This document shows positions 9,790 through 19,892 of a stretch of 64,000 nt of DNA, in pieces. The notes below the pieces were generated by a model. That model made no database searches. It had not been told where the DNA came from and worked only from the letters and a program-made list of their open reading frames with translations. The stretch comes from a virus, in IMG/VR virus record IMGVR_UViG_3300047159_000066, one strand, 5' to 3'. The stretch's first letter is position 1. Each line of letters opens with the position of its first letter. The translations under genes were made by a program, and so were the position numbers.

Positions 9790-11613
9790 CTAACTGTAAT
9801 AATTATACATTGCATTGAATCCGACTGCGGAAGAGTTGTAATAGTTATGCGCTATGCAAAACCGGAATGGGCTCATCTGCTTTATATCCGAAGGAACTGA
9901 TCCGACCGTCCAATCGCTATGGCCTATGAATATGCCGGATGACGTATACCATCCCATCACGCAGAATGCGGCAATGCCGGTCTGATATGCGTAAAACGTC
10001 GAAGAAACAGATTCCCCGGCCGGGACATCAAGATATTCCATGACGGAAATCTGTCTGCTGGTCGCGGATTCCTCTGACATAGGCCTCATTGCCGCAATAC
10101 GGATTTTCACAGCGGTATGGTTTGTTATGGTCATCGTCATGTTATTGGCGCTCATGGAATATGTCACTGCCGGATTCGATGTGCTGCCTTCCTGGTTAAC
10201 GACATAGAAAAGACCGTGGATGATGGCATTGAGATATTCCGGCCTTGATGTCCCAGAGACATAGCTGGCATATGCGGAATAAATGCTCTTCGACACAATA
10301 TCTCCAGGATCGGCTGAAAGATCCATCGCATCATAGACAAGCCGTCTGCCGTATACCGGATCATACATCGATCCATTTCCGGTCGTTTCCCAGAACCGCA
10401 TCTTTACGGTCCATCCAGAAAGAGCGATCTGCGTGGAGGATGAGATGGAATTCACAATGGAATGATAAAACGCGTAGAACTGATTGGTCCCGCTTGAGGA
10501 CAGAAATCCATAGGATCCTTTCGCAAGCGCCACCGCTGTAGGACCTTCTCCACTTGTTGACTGAATGAAGTCGATCTCCTGTGTGGAGCCATTGATGCTA
10601 AGATTCGTCCTGAGAGCGACCTTCCCATAGAAATCAGAATAATCTGAATAATCGACGGAGATGTCATCCCTGCATCCGTCAGTCCTTCCGTAAAATGACT
10701 CTGTCAGATCATATCCTCCCCACATCCCATTTGACGGAGGATAGGCGCTTATCGTCGCATCTTTGTCTTGAGATGTAATACTCGTATCATCCGTAACAGC
10801 AATAGAGAAAACATCCTTCCCGTCTATTTTAGGGAAAATAATACCTCCGACAGATGATCCGGGATACATAAGAGCTGTGAACCTACTGTAAGGCGAAAAT
10901 GATCTTCCGTAAGCCATCGCATACCGCTGCGTCATCGATCCATTGAAATACTTCATTGCATCATCTGACTGTGATACGTTATTTGAATAAGATCTGACAT
11001 TGTATCCGAGACCCGGTTCAGTACCATTATGGGATGTCAGGCACCCGACTTTCATCCAGTCGTTTGATTTGTTCGATGTCCCGGTCTCTGAAAACACAGC
11101 ATTCACGCATCCTTCCCAGATTTCATATACGTTTTCGTTGAGAACATCGGGGGAATATGACAGGCGATCGACCGAAAAATATCCAGCGGATCCTTTTGCG
11201 TTGATCCAGCAGACATTCGTACCGCTTGGTGCGTATTCATTGAGATTGAAATACATATTCGTTCTTATCCCTAGATTTCCATCCGGAGGAATAACCCATC
11301 CGTTTGTTTTCTGTACGGGAACAAATACGGTTGCGACTATCTTTGTATATGGATACTGGCTCTCATCAGGCTGATCATAAACCGTTCCAGATATATAGGT
11401 TGATCCTGCTTTCAATCCAGTGATAAAGATAGATTGGCCGGATGTTGAAACAGAGCAGATGGCTGAGTCTCCTGCCCTGGCGACTATCTTCTGTCCATAG
11501 AAAACAACAGACACCGTCTTTCCGATAGGAATGAAAACGCGATCCCTATGAAAAGACATCTCATATACAGGCGCTCCGTTCTCTGTGCCGATAGCAACAA
11601 CGCTGTTCGCCAT
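9790..11613 (-). CDS. Putative tail fibre / receptor-binding protein
   Basis: 607 aa, S/T/G/Y-rich beta protein with an Ig-like-looking N-terminus; visibly lower GC than the adjacent portal gene. Confidence 0.5.
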   Translation of the reverse strand: MANSVVAIGTENGAPVYEMSFHRDRVFIPIGKTVSVVFYGQKIVARAGDSAICSVSTSGQSIFITGLKAGSTYISGTVYDQPDESQYPYTKIVATVFVPVQKTNGWVIPPDGNLGIRTNMYFNLNEYAPSGTNVCWINAKGSAGYFSVDRLSYSPDVLNENVYEIWEGCVNAVFSETGTSNKSNDWMKVGCLTSHNGTEPGLGYNVRSYSNNVSQSDDAMKYFNGSMTQRYAMAYGRSFSPYSRFTALMYPGSSVGGIIFPKIDGKDVFSIAVTDDTSITSQDKDATISAYPPSNGMWGGYDLTESFYGRTDGCRDDISVDYSDYSDFYGKVALRTNLSINGSTQEIDFIQSTSGEGPTAVALAKGSYGFLSSSGTNQFYAFYHSIVNSISSSTQIALSGWTVKMRFWETTGNGSMYDPVYGRRLVYDAMDLSADPGDIVSKSIYSAYASYVSGTSRPEYLNAIIHGLFYVVNQEGSTSNPAVTYSMSANNMTMTITNHTAVKIRIAAMRPMSEESATSRQISVMEYLDVPAGESVSSTFYAYQTGIAAFCVMGWYTSSGIFIGHSDWTVGSVPSDIKQMSPFRFCIAHNYYNSSAVGFNAMYNYYS

Positions 11614-11624
11614 TTCAGTTCTCC

Positions 11625-12389
11625 TTAGCTAAGGTTGTTATGCCCAGTAATGGTAACGGAATCGCCTGATGTAACAACCGGGGTTGTGGTTAATGATATA
11701 TAGGTCTGGACAGCGGAAGTGACAACGCTCTTCGTTCCGATCGTCATTGTGTGTGAAGTCGCGTCATAATTGGATATGTATGCGACTGTCCCTTGAGAAA
11801 CCGATGAAACAACAGAATTCGATGCTGCACCGACGACATTAAGATTCGTAATGGCATTAACGTTTTTCGCAGTCCCCAAAACACCGGTGTCCTGTATCCA
11901 TGTCGAAGTCTTACCGGTGATCTTCGTCCATGGGATTTCCGAATTCAGAATCGATGCAGGAAGCTGAATTTTAACAGCGCTCTGCGATCCATTATATTTG
12001 CCATCCGCACCAGATGTATTATAATCGACTACCGAGAAAACAGACGTCGTCGCGAGATTCTCTGTATCATTAACCGTTATGGTTTTTGAATAAAGCCCAT
12101 TGAACATAGAGAATGTAATATCTGCGCCTGATACAGAAAGAAGACATCCATTGGCGATTGTCTTTTTGATTCCGGAAATTATCATATCCGCGGTTGTGGA
12201 ATAACCAGAAGTCGAGACAGAGACACTGTTTGCAAAATCCACGATTGCATTATTGACAACTGTAGATTGATAAAACAGACTGTTCATTATATAAGAATAA
12301 ATGTATTGGCCCGGAGTGAACGTCAGATCAGATAACGTCGCCGTCGGCTGACCTGTCCATTGAACGAAATAACTGTCCTTTGTCGCCAT
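11625..12389 (-). CDS. Putative tail fibre / baseplate-anchored protein
   Basis: T/S/V-rich; GGAGGAG RBS; N-terminus resembles fibre anchoring segments (MNSLFYQSTVVNNAIVDF). Confidence 0.5.
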   Translation of the reverse strand: MATKDSYFVQWTGQPTATLSDLTFTPGQYIYSYIMNSLFYQSTVVNNAIVDFANSVSVSTSGYSTTADMIISGIKKTIANGCLLSVSGADITFSMFNGLYSKTITVNDTENLATTSVFSVVDYNTSGADGKYNGSQSAVKIQLPASILNSEIPWTKITGKTSTWIQDTGVLGTAKNVNAITNLNVVGAASNSVVSSVSQGTVAYISNYDATSHTMTIGTKSVVTSAVQTYISLTTTPVVTSGDSVTITGHNNLS

Positions 12390-12457
12390 TCTCATCTCCT
12401 CCTGTGATTTATCAGATCCCGCTGAAAATAATTATAACGCAAAAGAATCGGCAGCGG

Positions 12458-12489
12458 CGGTTTCTTTGCCGGGATTCTCATATTATAAT
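12458..12489 (+). promoter_or_regulatory. CGG-extended sigma70-type promoter
   Basis: CGG-TTTCTT-N17-TATAAT. Confidence 0.65.
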
Positions 12490-12515
12490 GATGTCTGTGA
12501 TATGGGGGAACATCC

Positions 12516-14087
12516 ATGATATACACGTCTCTTTACGACTGGCAGCGGAGGATCGTAGATTCGGCCTGCCGCAGAAAGGCATACGGCCTTTTCCTCGACT
12601 GCGGCCTCGGCAAGACCCCGATCGGCCTGTCCTGCGCCGAACAGTCGGACTGTCTGAGGGTCATCGTCGTGACGATCAACCCGAAGGCGGAGGAGACTCA
12701 GCGGGATCCCGGATCGTGGCAGGCTTGGTGCGCCGGATACCAGACGAGATCGGATTACGACCAGGGGTTCCAGAGGAAGGTGAGGATCCTCGGCAAGGGA
12801 TCCTCCGGGCAGGAATGCCTGGATCCGTCCCCTGCGATCCTGATCGTCAATTACGAGTCGCTTTATAAAAGGAAGGATCTGAAGATGAAGGCGGAGCTGC
12901 GGGAGACCGTGGAGGATTTCATCATTGGATCGAAAGGGCAGAGGATGTGCCTTCTCGTCGACGAGTCGCATCGGATAAAGGATCAGACGTCCCTGCAGTC
13001 GATGGCCCTGACGAGGATACAGAGGGAGTCGTCTGCGGTCTGTCTTGACACGAGATCATATCTTCTGACCGGCACGCCGTTCACGACAGGATACATCGAT
13101 CTGTGGGCGCAGCTGAAATTCCTCGGATGCCCGATGACGAAAGGGGAATTCAAGGATCGGTACTGCGTGATCGGGAGGATACCCGGACTGATGGAATGGC
13201 AGCAGCCGATCGTCGGATACAGGAACCTGGACGATCTGTATTCGCTCGTCCACGGATACGCCCTGACGATGAAGTCGTCAGATGTGGTCTCCCTCCCTGA
13301 GAGGATATTCGTCGAGCATCCGTGCCCTGAGACGAAGGACATGAGGATCCTGATGACGGAGAAGATGACGGGGAAGGACATCGCCGCGGAGGATCAGAGA
13401 CGGGTGAAGAAAGGACTTCCGTCGGCCGGAGAGGATCTCATCAGGTCTGTTTCCGGTGAGACGAGGAAATACGACAACCCCTGGTACCGGGACATGAATT
13501 ACCCCGATCATTCCTGGTTCGCCGACAGCGCCGGAACCCTGTGGCTCAGGGCAAGGCAGATGTCCATCGGGTTCCAGGGGAACGAGGAGAGATCGTTCTG
13601 GTTCTCCAGGGACAGACTGAACAGGATGAGGGAGTTCCTTGACCGGAACCCTGACAACTATGTTGTTTTCTATAATTACGTCCCTGAGTTCATCGAGCTC
13701 TATCAGATATGCTCCGATCTCGGGTACAATGTCGACGTATGGAACGGTGAGATGAAATCGATGTTCTTCTATGATCGGTTCCATTCCGAATCCCCTGAGA
13801 AGAGACTGACCGACAGGAAGAACGTCATCCTGGCGAATTTCGCCTCTGGGTCGACGGGGATGAACTGGCAGAACTATTCCAAATGCGTCATCTTCAGTCT
13901 TCCTCTTTACAAGGACTGGGAGCAGGGACTGAAGCGGATTCATCGGATCGGGCAGAAGGACACCGTCGTCTACCATGTGTTCTCCGGAGACAACTGGCTT
14001 GACAGATCGATGAGGGACTCCCTTGACAAGGGGATACAGTACACTGAGGATCTGTTCATGAAGGATCTGTCGAAGAACTCCAAATGA
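12516..14087 (+). CDS. SNF2-family helicase
   Basis: LFLDCGLGKT, VDESH, LLTGTP, GSTGMNWQ and RIHRIGQ motifs. Confidence 0.9.
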   Translation: MIYTSLYDWQRRIVDSACRRKAYGLFLDCGLGKTPIGLSCAEQSDCLRVIVVTINPKAEETQRDPGSWQAWCAGYQTRSDYDQGFQRKVRILGKGSSGQECLDPSPAILIVNYESLYKRKDLKMKAELRETVEDFIIGSKGQRMCLLVDESHRIKDQTSLQSMALTRIQRESSAVCLDTRSYLLTGTPFTTGYIDLWAQLKFLGCPMTKGEFKDRYCVIGRIPGLMEWQQPIVGYRNLDDLYSLVHGYALTMKSSDVVSLPERIFVEHPCPETKDMRILMTEKMTGKDIAAEDQRRVKKGLPSAGEDLIRSVSGETRKYDNPWYRDMNYPDHSWFADSAGTLWLRARQMSIGFQGNEERSFWFSRDRLNRMREFLDRNPDNYVVFYNYVPEFIELYQICSDLGYNVDVWNGEMKSMFFYDRFHSESPEKRLTDRKNVILANFASGSTGMNWQNYSKCVIFSLPLYKDWEQGLKRIHRIGQKDTVVYHVFSGDNWLDRSMRDSLDKGIQYTEDLFMKDLSKNSK

Positions 14088-14242
14088 AAACCCGGCCGAT
14101 CAGAGGGGAACAGTCCGATCGGTCAGGCGATAATATTGTAGTGCGTTCGTTTGGCAGGATCATGATCCGCCTCCGATGACGGAAAGCGTCGCCGCCATAT
14201 CTTGACGGTTACTCTTTCGCCGCCGAAATTCCGATATGCGTC

Positions 14243-14272
14243 AAAGGGGATTCTCATCCCCTTTTTTCTTTT
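14243..14272 (+). terminator. Rho-independent terminator
   Basis: AAAGGGGAT-TCTC-ATCCCCTTTTTT. Confidence 0.7.
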
Positions 14273-14318
14273 CCATGATCTGATGATTCCGCGGCGTATC
14301 GCGTTTTTATTTTTTAGC

Positions 14319-14356
14319 GGTTTCCTATTATGATGGTTTCCTATTATGCCGGTTTC
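14319..14356. repeat. 16-bp-period tandem repeat
   Basis: GGTTTCCTATTATG at 14319 and 14335; partial third copy GGTTTC at 14351. Confidence 0.7.
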
Positions 14357-14451
14357 TCATTTCATCATTCCGCATAAACAAGAACAAACCCCAAAACTGA
14401 AAAACGGCGCTTTTCTATTCATGGCGGTTTCGGTTTTCCAAGGAAGCCCGG

Positions 14452-14738
14452 CGATTCACTTGGAGGACCAAATACAGTATAATATATACAGAATAAAGAA
14501 AGGACCTAACCTGGATGCTAGCTAGCTGCAAAATTTCGCTAAATATGCAGGCCTAAAGTTTTCCTTACAGAATCAGCAGTATGTTAAGTTGACGATTCAC
14601 TTGGAGGACCAAATACAGTATAATATATACAGAATAAAGAAAGGACCTAACCTGGATGCTAGCTAGCTGCAAAATTTCGCTAAATATGCAGGCCTAAAGT
14701 TTTCCTTACAGAATCAGCAGTATGTTAAGTTGACGATT
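14452..14738. repeat. Exact tandem duplication of a 141-bp unit
   Basis: 14452-14592 equals 14593-14733, plus a 5-bp run-on. Each unit contains a promoter CGA-TTCACT-N17-TATAAT. Confidence 0.9.
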
Positions 14739-14749
14739 TCCAAATTTGA

Positions 14750-14781
14750 CGATTCGCTTCCTAATTAAAACATGCTATAAT
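14750..14781 (+). promoter_or_regulatory. CG(G/A)-extended promoter
   Basis: CGA-TTCGCT-N17-TATAAT with a TG extended -10. Confidence 0.7.
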
Positions 14782-14961
14782 ATAAATAATGAGATTAGGA
14801 AATCAAAAAAATCTCATGAAAAACTTGAATTCTTTATTTAAATAACTTTAAAAAATAAAAGGGGGTTTATATCAAGATCACTTAAAAAACCGGAAGTCCT
14901 GGACGCGTCAGACTCAGAATTGACCCGGGCAGGTCGGTAAACCGCCCAGAAAGACCCATTT

Positions 14962-15684
14962 ATGAGAACTGGTTTAAGTACGAAACGGGGAGCCCCAGTC
15001 GAGATCCACGACGGGAAGATCATGACGACGAATTTGTGGGGTGACAGCTGGAGAATCGTGACGAGCGAAGTCGTCAAGGCAGCCTTGCGATCGCTCATGA
15101 CGAAGTGCGCGACAGCCGACAGATACACTCTGGTGCGCGATTCATATGATTGCGAGAAGGTGTCGGTGCCTTACACCCGGAGGGCCCCTGCCCCGGCCCC
15201 GGCCTCCGGATTGCCAGATGACTCAATAGCCCCGGCCCCTATGCCGGAAGAGACTGCCCCGGCCCCCACCCCGGCCCCGGCCCCTAAGGAATTCATTGCC
15301 GGGGTCGACCTTAAGGGATTCGAGCTGGTGAAGTCAATGCCTTACGACGGGCCTGTCATCATGCCCGACATCAAGACACCTAAGATGATTCATGACGAAA
15401 TCCCGTTCCTTGAAAGCCGTGTCCAGAATGCGGTGAAGAATCTGTTCCGGTTCTTTTCCGAGTTCCACTTCAAACCGGCCCTCAGATTCATCGATTCGCT
15501 ATTCCGCAAGATAGACGATGACGAAATCACCGACTACATCGGAGGCTACTTCGAACTCCAGAATTCTCCCGATTCCCAGAATGTCAAGGCCAAAATGGAA
15601 TGCGACGAATTCAAGGGGGTGATCAGGGACATCAAAGACCTGGCGCCTTCCTATATATATAAGTACCCCCGTGAGCATCAATAA
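14962..15684 (+). CDS. N-terminal part of a split AAA ATPase gene, or a separate hypothetical protein
   Basis: Pro/Ala linker; overlaps the AAA ORF, which is in the +1 frame; start uncertain. Confidence 0.55.
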   Translation: MRTGLSTKRGAPVEIHDGKIMTTNLWGDSWRIVTSEVVKAALRSLMTKCATADRYTLVRDSYDCEKVSVPYTRRAPAPAPASGLPDDSIAPAPMPEETAPAPTPAPAPKEFIAGVDLKGFELVKSMPYDGPVIMPDIKTPKMIHDEIPFLESRVQNAVKNLFRFFSEFHFKPALRFIDSLFRKIDDDEITDYIGGYFELQNSPDSQNVKAKMECDEFKGVIRDIKDLAPSYIYKYPREHQ

Positions 15685-16222
15685 GCGCCTCACGGTCTAC
15701 TACGGAGACCCCGGCACCGGCAAGACCTACAAGGCGATCCATGACAATCCGGATGCGGTCGTGATCCCTTGCTGCTCATCCATCACCCCGGATGACCTCC
15801 TCCGTGTGTTCGACTTCACGAAAGAGGAGAATGAGACGGTCAAGGAGGAAATGCAGGACGGGACCGACAATGCCGCCCTTACCGCACTTCTGAGAAGCGC
15901 ACGCGCCGGAAAGCCGACCTTCAATCCCACCGCCGTCACGACGGCAATGAGAGAGGGCAAGCCCATCATCTTCGATGAGATCAACATGCTCCCCCCTGAC
16001 ACCCTCGCCTTCGTCCAGGAAATCACGGACGGCAAGAAGCGAGTCCAGCATATGGGATGGAACATAGACATCAAAGAAGGGTTCCAGATCATAGGGACGA
16101 TGAATCTCTATGTGAATGGAATGACCCTGGCGCTTCCCAGCCCGCTCGTCGACCGCATCGGGACGATGCAGGAATTCGAGCTCACCCCCGAGAAGATCAC
16201 CGGAATGATCATGAACCGGTAA
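15671..16222 (+). CDS. MoxR/AAA_5-type ATPase domain
   Basis: Walker A GDPGTGKT, Walker B IIFDEIN, GTMN sensor 1, LPSPLVDR; GTG start without an RBS. Confidence 0.85.
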   Translation: MSINKRLTVYYGDPGTGKTYKAIHDNPDAVVIPCCSSITPDDLLRVFDFTKEENETVKEEMQDGTDNAALTALLRSARAGKPTFNPTAVTTAMREGKPIIFDEINMLPPDTLAFVQEITDGKKRVQHMGWNIDIKEGFQIIGTMNLYVNGMTLALPSPLVDRIGTMQEFELTPEKITGMIMNR

Positions 16223-16240
16223 AGAAAGGAAAAACAGACC

Positions 16241-17734
16241 ATGAACAAGGAGCTTATCAAGAAGATCCTAGACGAGTTGCCAATAGGGTGGTACCTGGGA
16301 AGAAGCATCCCGGTTACCATTGACGATGAGGAAGGAAGCTACATCAATCTCCTCACCCAGACGATCCATCTCTCCTATGCCGACTTCACGAACGCCCTCA
16401 AGGGCGTGGACGAGTCGAGCGCCGAGTATGAGGATGACGTCCGCTGTCTCTTATATCATGAGATAAGCCATGCGATCCTCACCTCCATCAGATACGGGGA
16501 TGAGACCAACTGCGAGATCGCGAAAAAAGGCAAAATGAGCGAAGAGGAGTTCGGACAGATGATGAACGTCTTCGAAGACGAACGGATCGAGACCCTGAAC
16601 CGCAGGGTGTTCCATCGCGTCAACTTCAAGAGATTCATCAAAAAAGTCTGTGGATTCCCTGAATGCATGGAGAAGACCGAGACCGACATGCAGCGCTTCT
16701 TCAATGTCGTGCGGTTCAGAGTCGGAAAGCCTGAGTTTCTCAAGATGGTCGATGAGATCATCGGGATGTACTCAGATCTGAGCGCCAAGGATCCCTATGT
16801 CGCCGGCTATCAATATGCCGTCTACAAGCTCTATAAGCTCATCGCCGCCGATGCGAAAGCCAATCCTCAGAAACCAATGAAGGGTAAAGGAAAGCCGTCA
16901 TCCGGGACAGGAGAGGACAATGCGTCCGGCAATCCCGAGGACAAAGAGAAATCCGATGACAATCCCGAGACGTCCGTTGGGGGAGACCCCTCCGACGGGA
17001 AGGTCAAGGCATTCACCCAGGAAGAGTTCAAAGACGTCGCGTCCAAAGTCATCGACACCTACACCGACAAGGCATTCAACGAATCCATCACGAGGCTTAT
17101 TAAGGAGAAGCTCAACAAGAAGGCGATGATGGCCGGGGGTTCCGTCGGGTATTCCGGGAGAATGAATCCCCGGAACATGATCGGGGACACCCAGGGGACT
17201 TACCGCTGGATGGAAAGACGCACAGGGGCTCAGCTGAGAAATGGGGGCAAGCTCCATCTCAATCTCTATATCGACCACTCCGGTTCGTTCATGCCCAATG
17301 ACAAGACGATGAACGACATACTCCAGTCCCTCAACAATCTTGAGAAATCCAATCCCCAGTTCAGCTTCAGTCTTGTCCTCATGGCCTACTCCAATGAAAT
17401 CGCGGACAAGACGAAGGTCTTCCGCTCACACGGAGGGAACAGGCTGAACAGCACCATCATCCCCATCATCCGGAAGCTGAATGAGAACAGCAGGACGGAG
17501 ACCATCACCAACATCTTCCTCTTCGACGGAGACGCATGGTCAGACTCCTATGATGTGGAGCATGACCAGGACGTGTCCTCCAAGGCGATGGACATGGAGA
17601 ACGTCATCGTCATCACCGATCCCGACAATGAACCCACCTTCTCCAAGATGAAGAAAGCCAGGACGATCATCTCAACAAACTACACGGACACCCTCAAGAA
17701 GAACATCCTCAATGCCCTTTCGATGGGTCTGTAA
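16241..17734 (+). CDS. HEXXH peptidase-like plus VWA domain protein (MoxR partner)
   Basis: HEISH, NVFEDERIE, MIDAS-like DHSGS and FDG. Confidence 0.8.
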   Translation: MNKELIKKILDELPIGWYLGRSIPVTIDDEEGSYINLLTQTIHLSYADFTNALKGVDESSAEYEDDVRCLLYHEISHAILTSIRYGDETNCEIAKKGKMSEEEFGQMMNVFEDERIETLNRRVFHRVNFKRFIKKVCGFPECMEKTETDMQRFFNVVRFRVGKPEFLKMVDEIIGMYSDLSAKDPYVAGYQYAVYKLYKLIAADAKANPQKPMKGKGKPSSGTGEDNASGNPEDKEKSDDNPETSVGGDPSDGKVKAFTQEEFKDVASKVIDTYTDKAFNESITRLIKEKLNKKAMMAGGSVGYSGRMNPRNMIGDTQGTYRWMERRTGAQLRNGGKLHLNLYIDHSGSFMPNDKTMNDILQSLNNLEKSNPQFSFSLVLMAYSNEIADKTKVFRSHGGNRLNSTIIPIIRKLNENSRTETITNIFLFDGDAWSDSYDVEHDQDVSSKAMDMENVIVITDPDNEPTFSKMKKARTIISTNYTDTLKKNILNALSMGL

Positions 17735-17752
17735 AGAAAGGAAGGCGGAACC

Positions 17753-17773
17753 ATGACCGGACCACCAAAATGA
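17753..17773 (+). other. RBS-led mini-ORF MTGPPK
   Basis: AGGAAGG, 7-nt spacer, ATG ACC GGA CCA CCA AAA TGA. Confidence 0.5.
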
Positions 17774-17820
17774 AATCGGGGACGATACAGGACTATAACC
17801 ATGAAAGGAAACAAAATAAC

Positions 17821-18102
17821 ATGGAAAAGACATTCACCGTCGAAGTCTGGATCACGAATCCCAGTATCGGAATGGACAAGGCGACGAAAGGATTCACTGC
17901 TTCGTCTGTCAAAGCGAAGACTGCTCTCGCCGCCGCAAAGAATGCCGGCGACTGGGCATTCATCGATCTGGACAATGAGGATGTCCAGATCGTCGGAGCC
18001 ACCGTCATTCAGGACGGGACCGAGAAGCGATCCTTCTATCTTATCGATGAGAAGGGAAGATTCGTCAAAGAAAAAGGGACGATCAAGCCGGACGAGAAGT
18101 AG
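17821..18102 (+). CDS. Hypothetical early protein
   Basis: AAAGGAAA RBS, MEKTFTV start. Confidence 0.7.
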   Translation: MEKTFTVEVWITNPSIGMDKATKGFTASSVKAKTALAAAKNAGDWAFIDLDNEDVQIVGATVIQDGTEKRSFYLIDEKGRFVKEKGTIKPDEK

Positions 18103-18124
18103 AGCCCTGAAAGGAGGCGAAACG

Positions 18125-18148
18125 ACGACTGGCCCACCGATTGAATGA
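18125..18148 (+). other. RBS-led mini-ORF (ACG start) TGPPIE
   Basis: AAGGAGG, 7-nt spacer, ACG ACT GGC CCA CCG ATT GAA TGA; homologous to the element at 17753. Confidence 0.4.
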
Positions 18149-18192
18149 CGGGATGGGATAAGACGACAAAACAAATAAAGGAAATAAAACAC

Positions 18193-18708
18193 ATGATGAA
18201 ATACAGCAAGGGATATGGGATTAAGGGGCTTTTGACGGGGGTCTATGACGGCTATGATGAGAAGAAGCAGTGTGTTGTTCTGTCGAAGAAACTGCTTGCC
18301 ATGCTCAAGTTCGTATCTGACTCTTCGAATTGCATCTTCCGTACATCCGACGGCGTCACTTTCGATCACTTCATGGCGAGATTCGGAAAGCTCATGCGAA
18401 GCACGGTGAGATACTCCGGCGGAGAGCCCTGCGATGATTGGCTGGTCGATCTCTGGATGAATATGGCAAACCGCTTCATGGGATTCAAAGACACCGATCC
18501 GTGCTCAGACGGGTTCCGTTTCTATATGATATGGAGACTGACCGGATACCCCACATACGACAAAAAGGAATACGACAAAGAGACCGGGCTTCCGATGATC
18601 ACGATGAAGATGACGTTCGATGAGCTTGCCGGCAAAGAGCTGAAGATCGTTCAGGGATTCATCGACACATGCAAGATCACCTCTGAGGAATCCATCAGGA
18701 CAAGATGA
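18193..18708 (+). CDS. Hypothetical early protein
   Basis: AAAGGAAA RBS, MMKYSK start. Confidence 0.7.
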   Translation: MMKYSKGYGIKGLLTGVYDGYDEKKQCVVLSKKLLAMLKFVSDSSNCIFRTSDGVTFDHFMARFGKLMRSTVRYSGGEPCDDWLVDLWMNMANRFMGFKDTDPCSDGFRFYMIWRLTGYPTYDKKEYDKETGLPMITMKMTFDELAGKELKIVQGFIDTCKITSEESIRTR

Positions 18709-18735
18709 TCCAGCCATGAAAGGAAAATAAATAAC

Positions 18736-19095
18736 ATGGAAAAGACATTGCTTGTTGAGCTGATCAGAAGCACATCCGATCCGTACAATGAAATCTACCC
18801 TGTCTACAGAGGCAAGAACGGAAAGAGCCTTGATAAGATGGTCGATGAAGCGGTCAGGAAGTTCTGCGATGCGATGGGAGTCAAGGAGGATGCTTTCTAC
18901 GATGCCTTCGGCTCTGTCTACGGATACAACCTCTATGATTACGTCTATGTCGTCACCGGCGAACTGGATACCGTGGATCTCACGACGAAAAAGACCACCG
19001 TCTCCGATGAAGAGGTGTTCGATGAGATCTTCGACATCTTCATGAATGATCAGATGGCCAATCTATGTTGTAACAAAATATATAAAGGAGAATAA
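18736..19095 (+). CDS. Hypothetical early protein
   Basis: Leader nearly identical to that of the 17821 gene. Confidence 0.7.
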   Translation: MEKTLLVELIRSTSDPYNEIYPVYRGKNGKSLDKMVDEAVRKFCDAMGVKEDAFYDAFGSVYGYNLYDYVYVVTGELDTVDLTTKKTTVSDEEVFDEIFDIFMNDQMANLCCNKIYKGE

Positions 19096-19100
19096 ATGCT

Positions 19101-19523
19101 ATGGCAAAGACAAGATTCGCCGTCGCCAAGGTCTCTGTCTCTGAGAAAGGCATTCCATCTATAAAATACTTCGATGTCTTCGATGACAAAAAGAAGGCAG
19201 ACGAATTCGCAGGCAGACTTGGAAGGGATGTGCTCATCGCCGCGACCGACAAGCCGTTCGTCATCATCGGGTACAGCCCTAAAGGGTGGTCCATCAGAGG
19301 CTGCTGCCTCAGAGACGGGAAGAAAAGCATCTTCAGAAGATACGACCGCATCATGAATTCCATGAAGGATCCCTCAAAATTCGTCGATATGGATTGCTTC
19401 TGGTTCAAAGAAGGCGATCCTGAATCTGGGTCTGGGTTCTCCGCCAGTGTATGGGATTCAGAAGAAACATTCGTCAGAGCCGTGTTTGTCGAGATGTTCA
19501 GCATGGAAAAGGAGGACAGATAA
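19101..19523 (+). CDS. Hypothetical early protein
   Basis: AAAGGAG RBS. Confidence 0.7.
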   Translation: MAKTRFAVAKVSVSEKGIPSIKYFDVFDDKKKADEFAGRLGRDVLIAATDKPFVIIGYSPKGWSIRGCCLRDGKKSIFRRYDRIMNSMKDPSKFVDMDCFWFKEGDPESGSGFSASVWDSEETFVRAVFVEMFSMEKEDR

Positions 19524-19524
19524 A

Positions 19525-19845
19525 ATGTCCAAGTACGTACCGACGACAGATGACAGACAGTATGTGTGGTTCATCGACGATGACGGCGAATTCGATGATG
19601 TCCCCGCTGACTCCCTCTCGGAAGAGGACATTGCCGATCTGAAGGAATGCCTTGTCTCCTCCAGAGATGAGATCAATGACAGGATCACGGAAGATCCCTA
19701 TGACGATTATGCCGCCGCCCTTGACTTCGTCGAGTCGAGTGCGAATGACGGGAATCTCTGCTTCCAGTCTGTCGGCGGTGTGAATTTCGGATGCATGAGA
19801 AAGGAGGAATGGAAAAAGCTGACGAAGAAACATGAGAGGAAATAA
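19525..19845 (+). CDS. Hypothetical acidic early protein
   Basis: AAGGAGG RBS, MSKYVPT start. Confidence 0.7.
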   Translation: MSKYVPTTDDRQYVWFIDDDGEFDDVPADSLSEEDIADLKECLVSSRDEINDRITEDPYDDYAAALDFVESSANDGNLCFQSVGGVNFGCMRKEEWKKLTKKHERK

Positions 19846-19892
19846 GGCAAGGGATGAAATGAGGCATGGCATAAAGAAAGGAAGACAGCCCT

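Noticed and set aside
14319..14738. CRISPR array
   Set aside because: The repeats are head-to-tail without unique spacers, and no cas genes are present. The 27.0-27.35 kb boxes are likewise too short and irregular.
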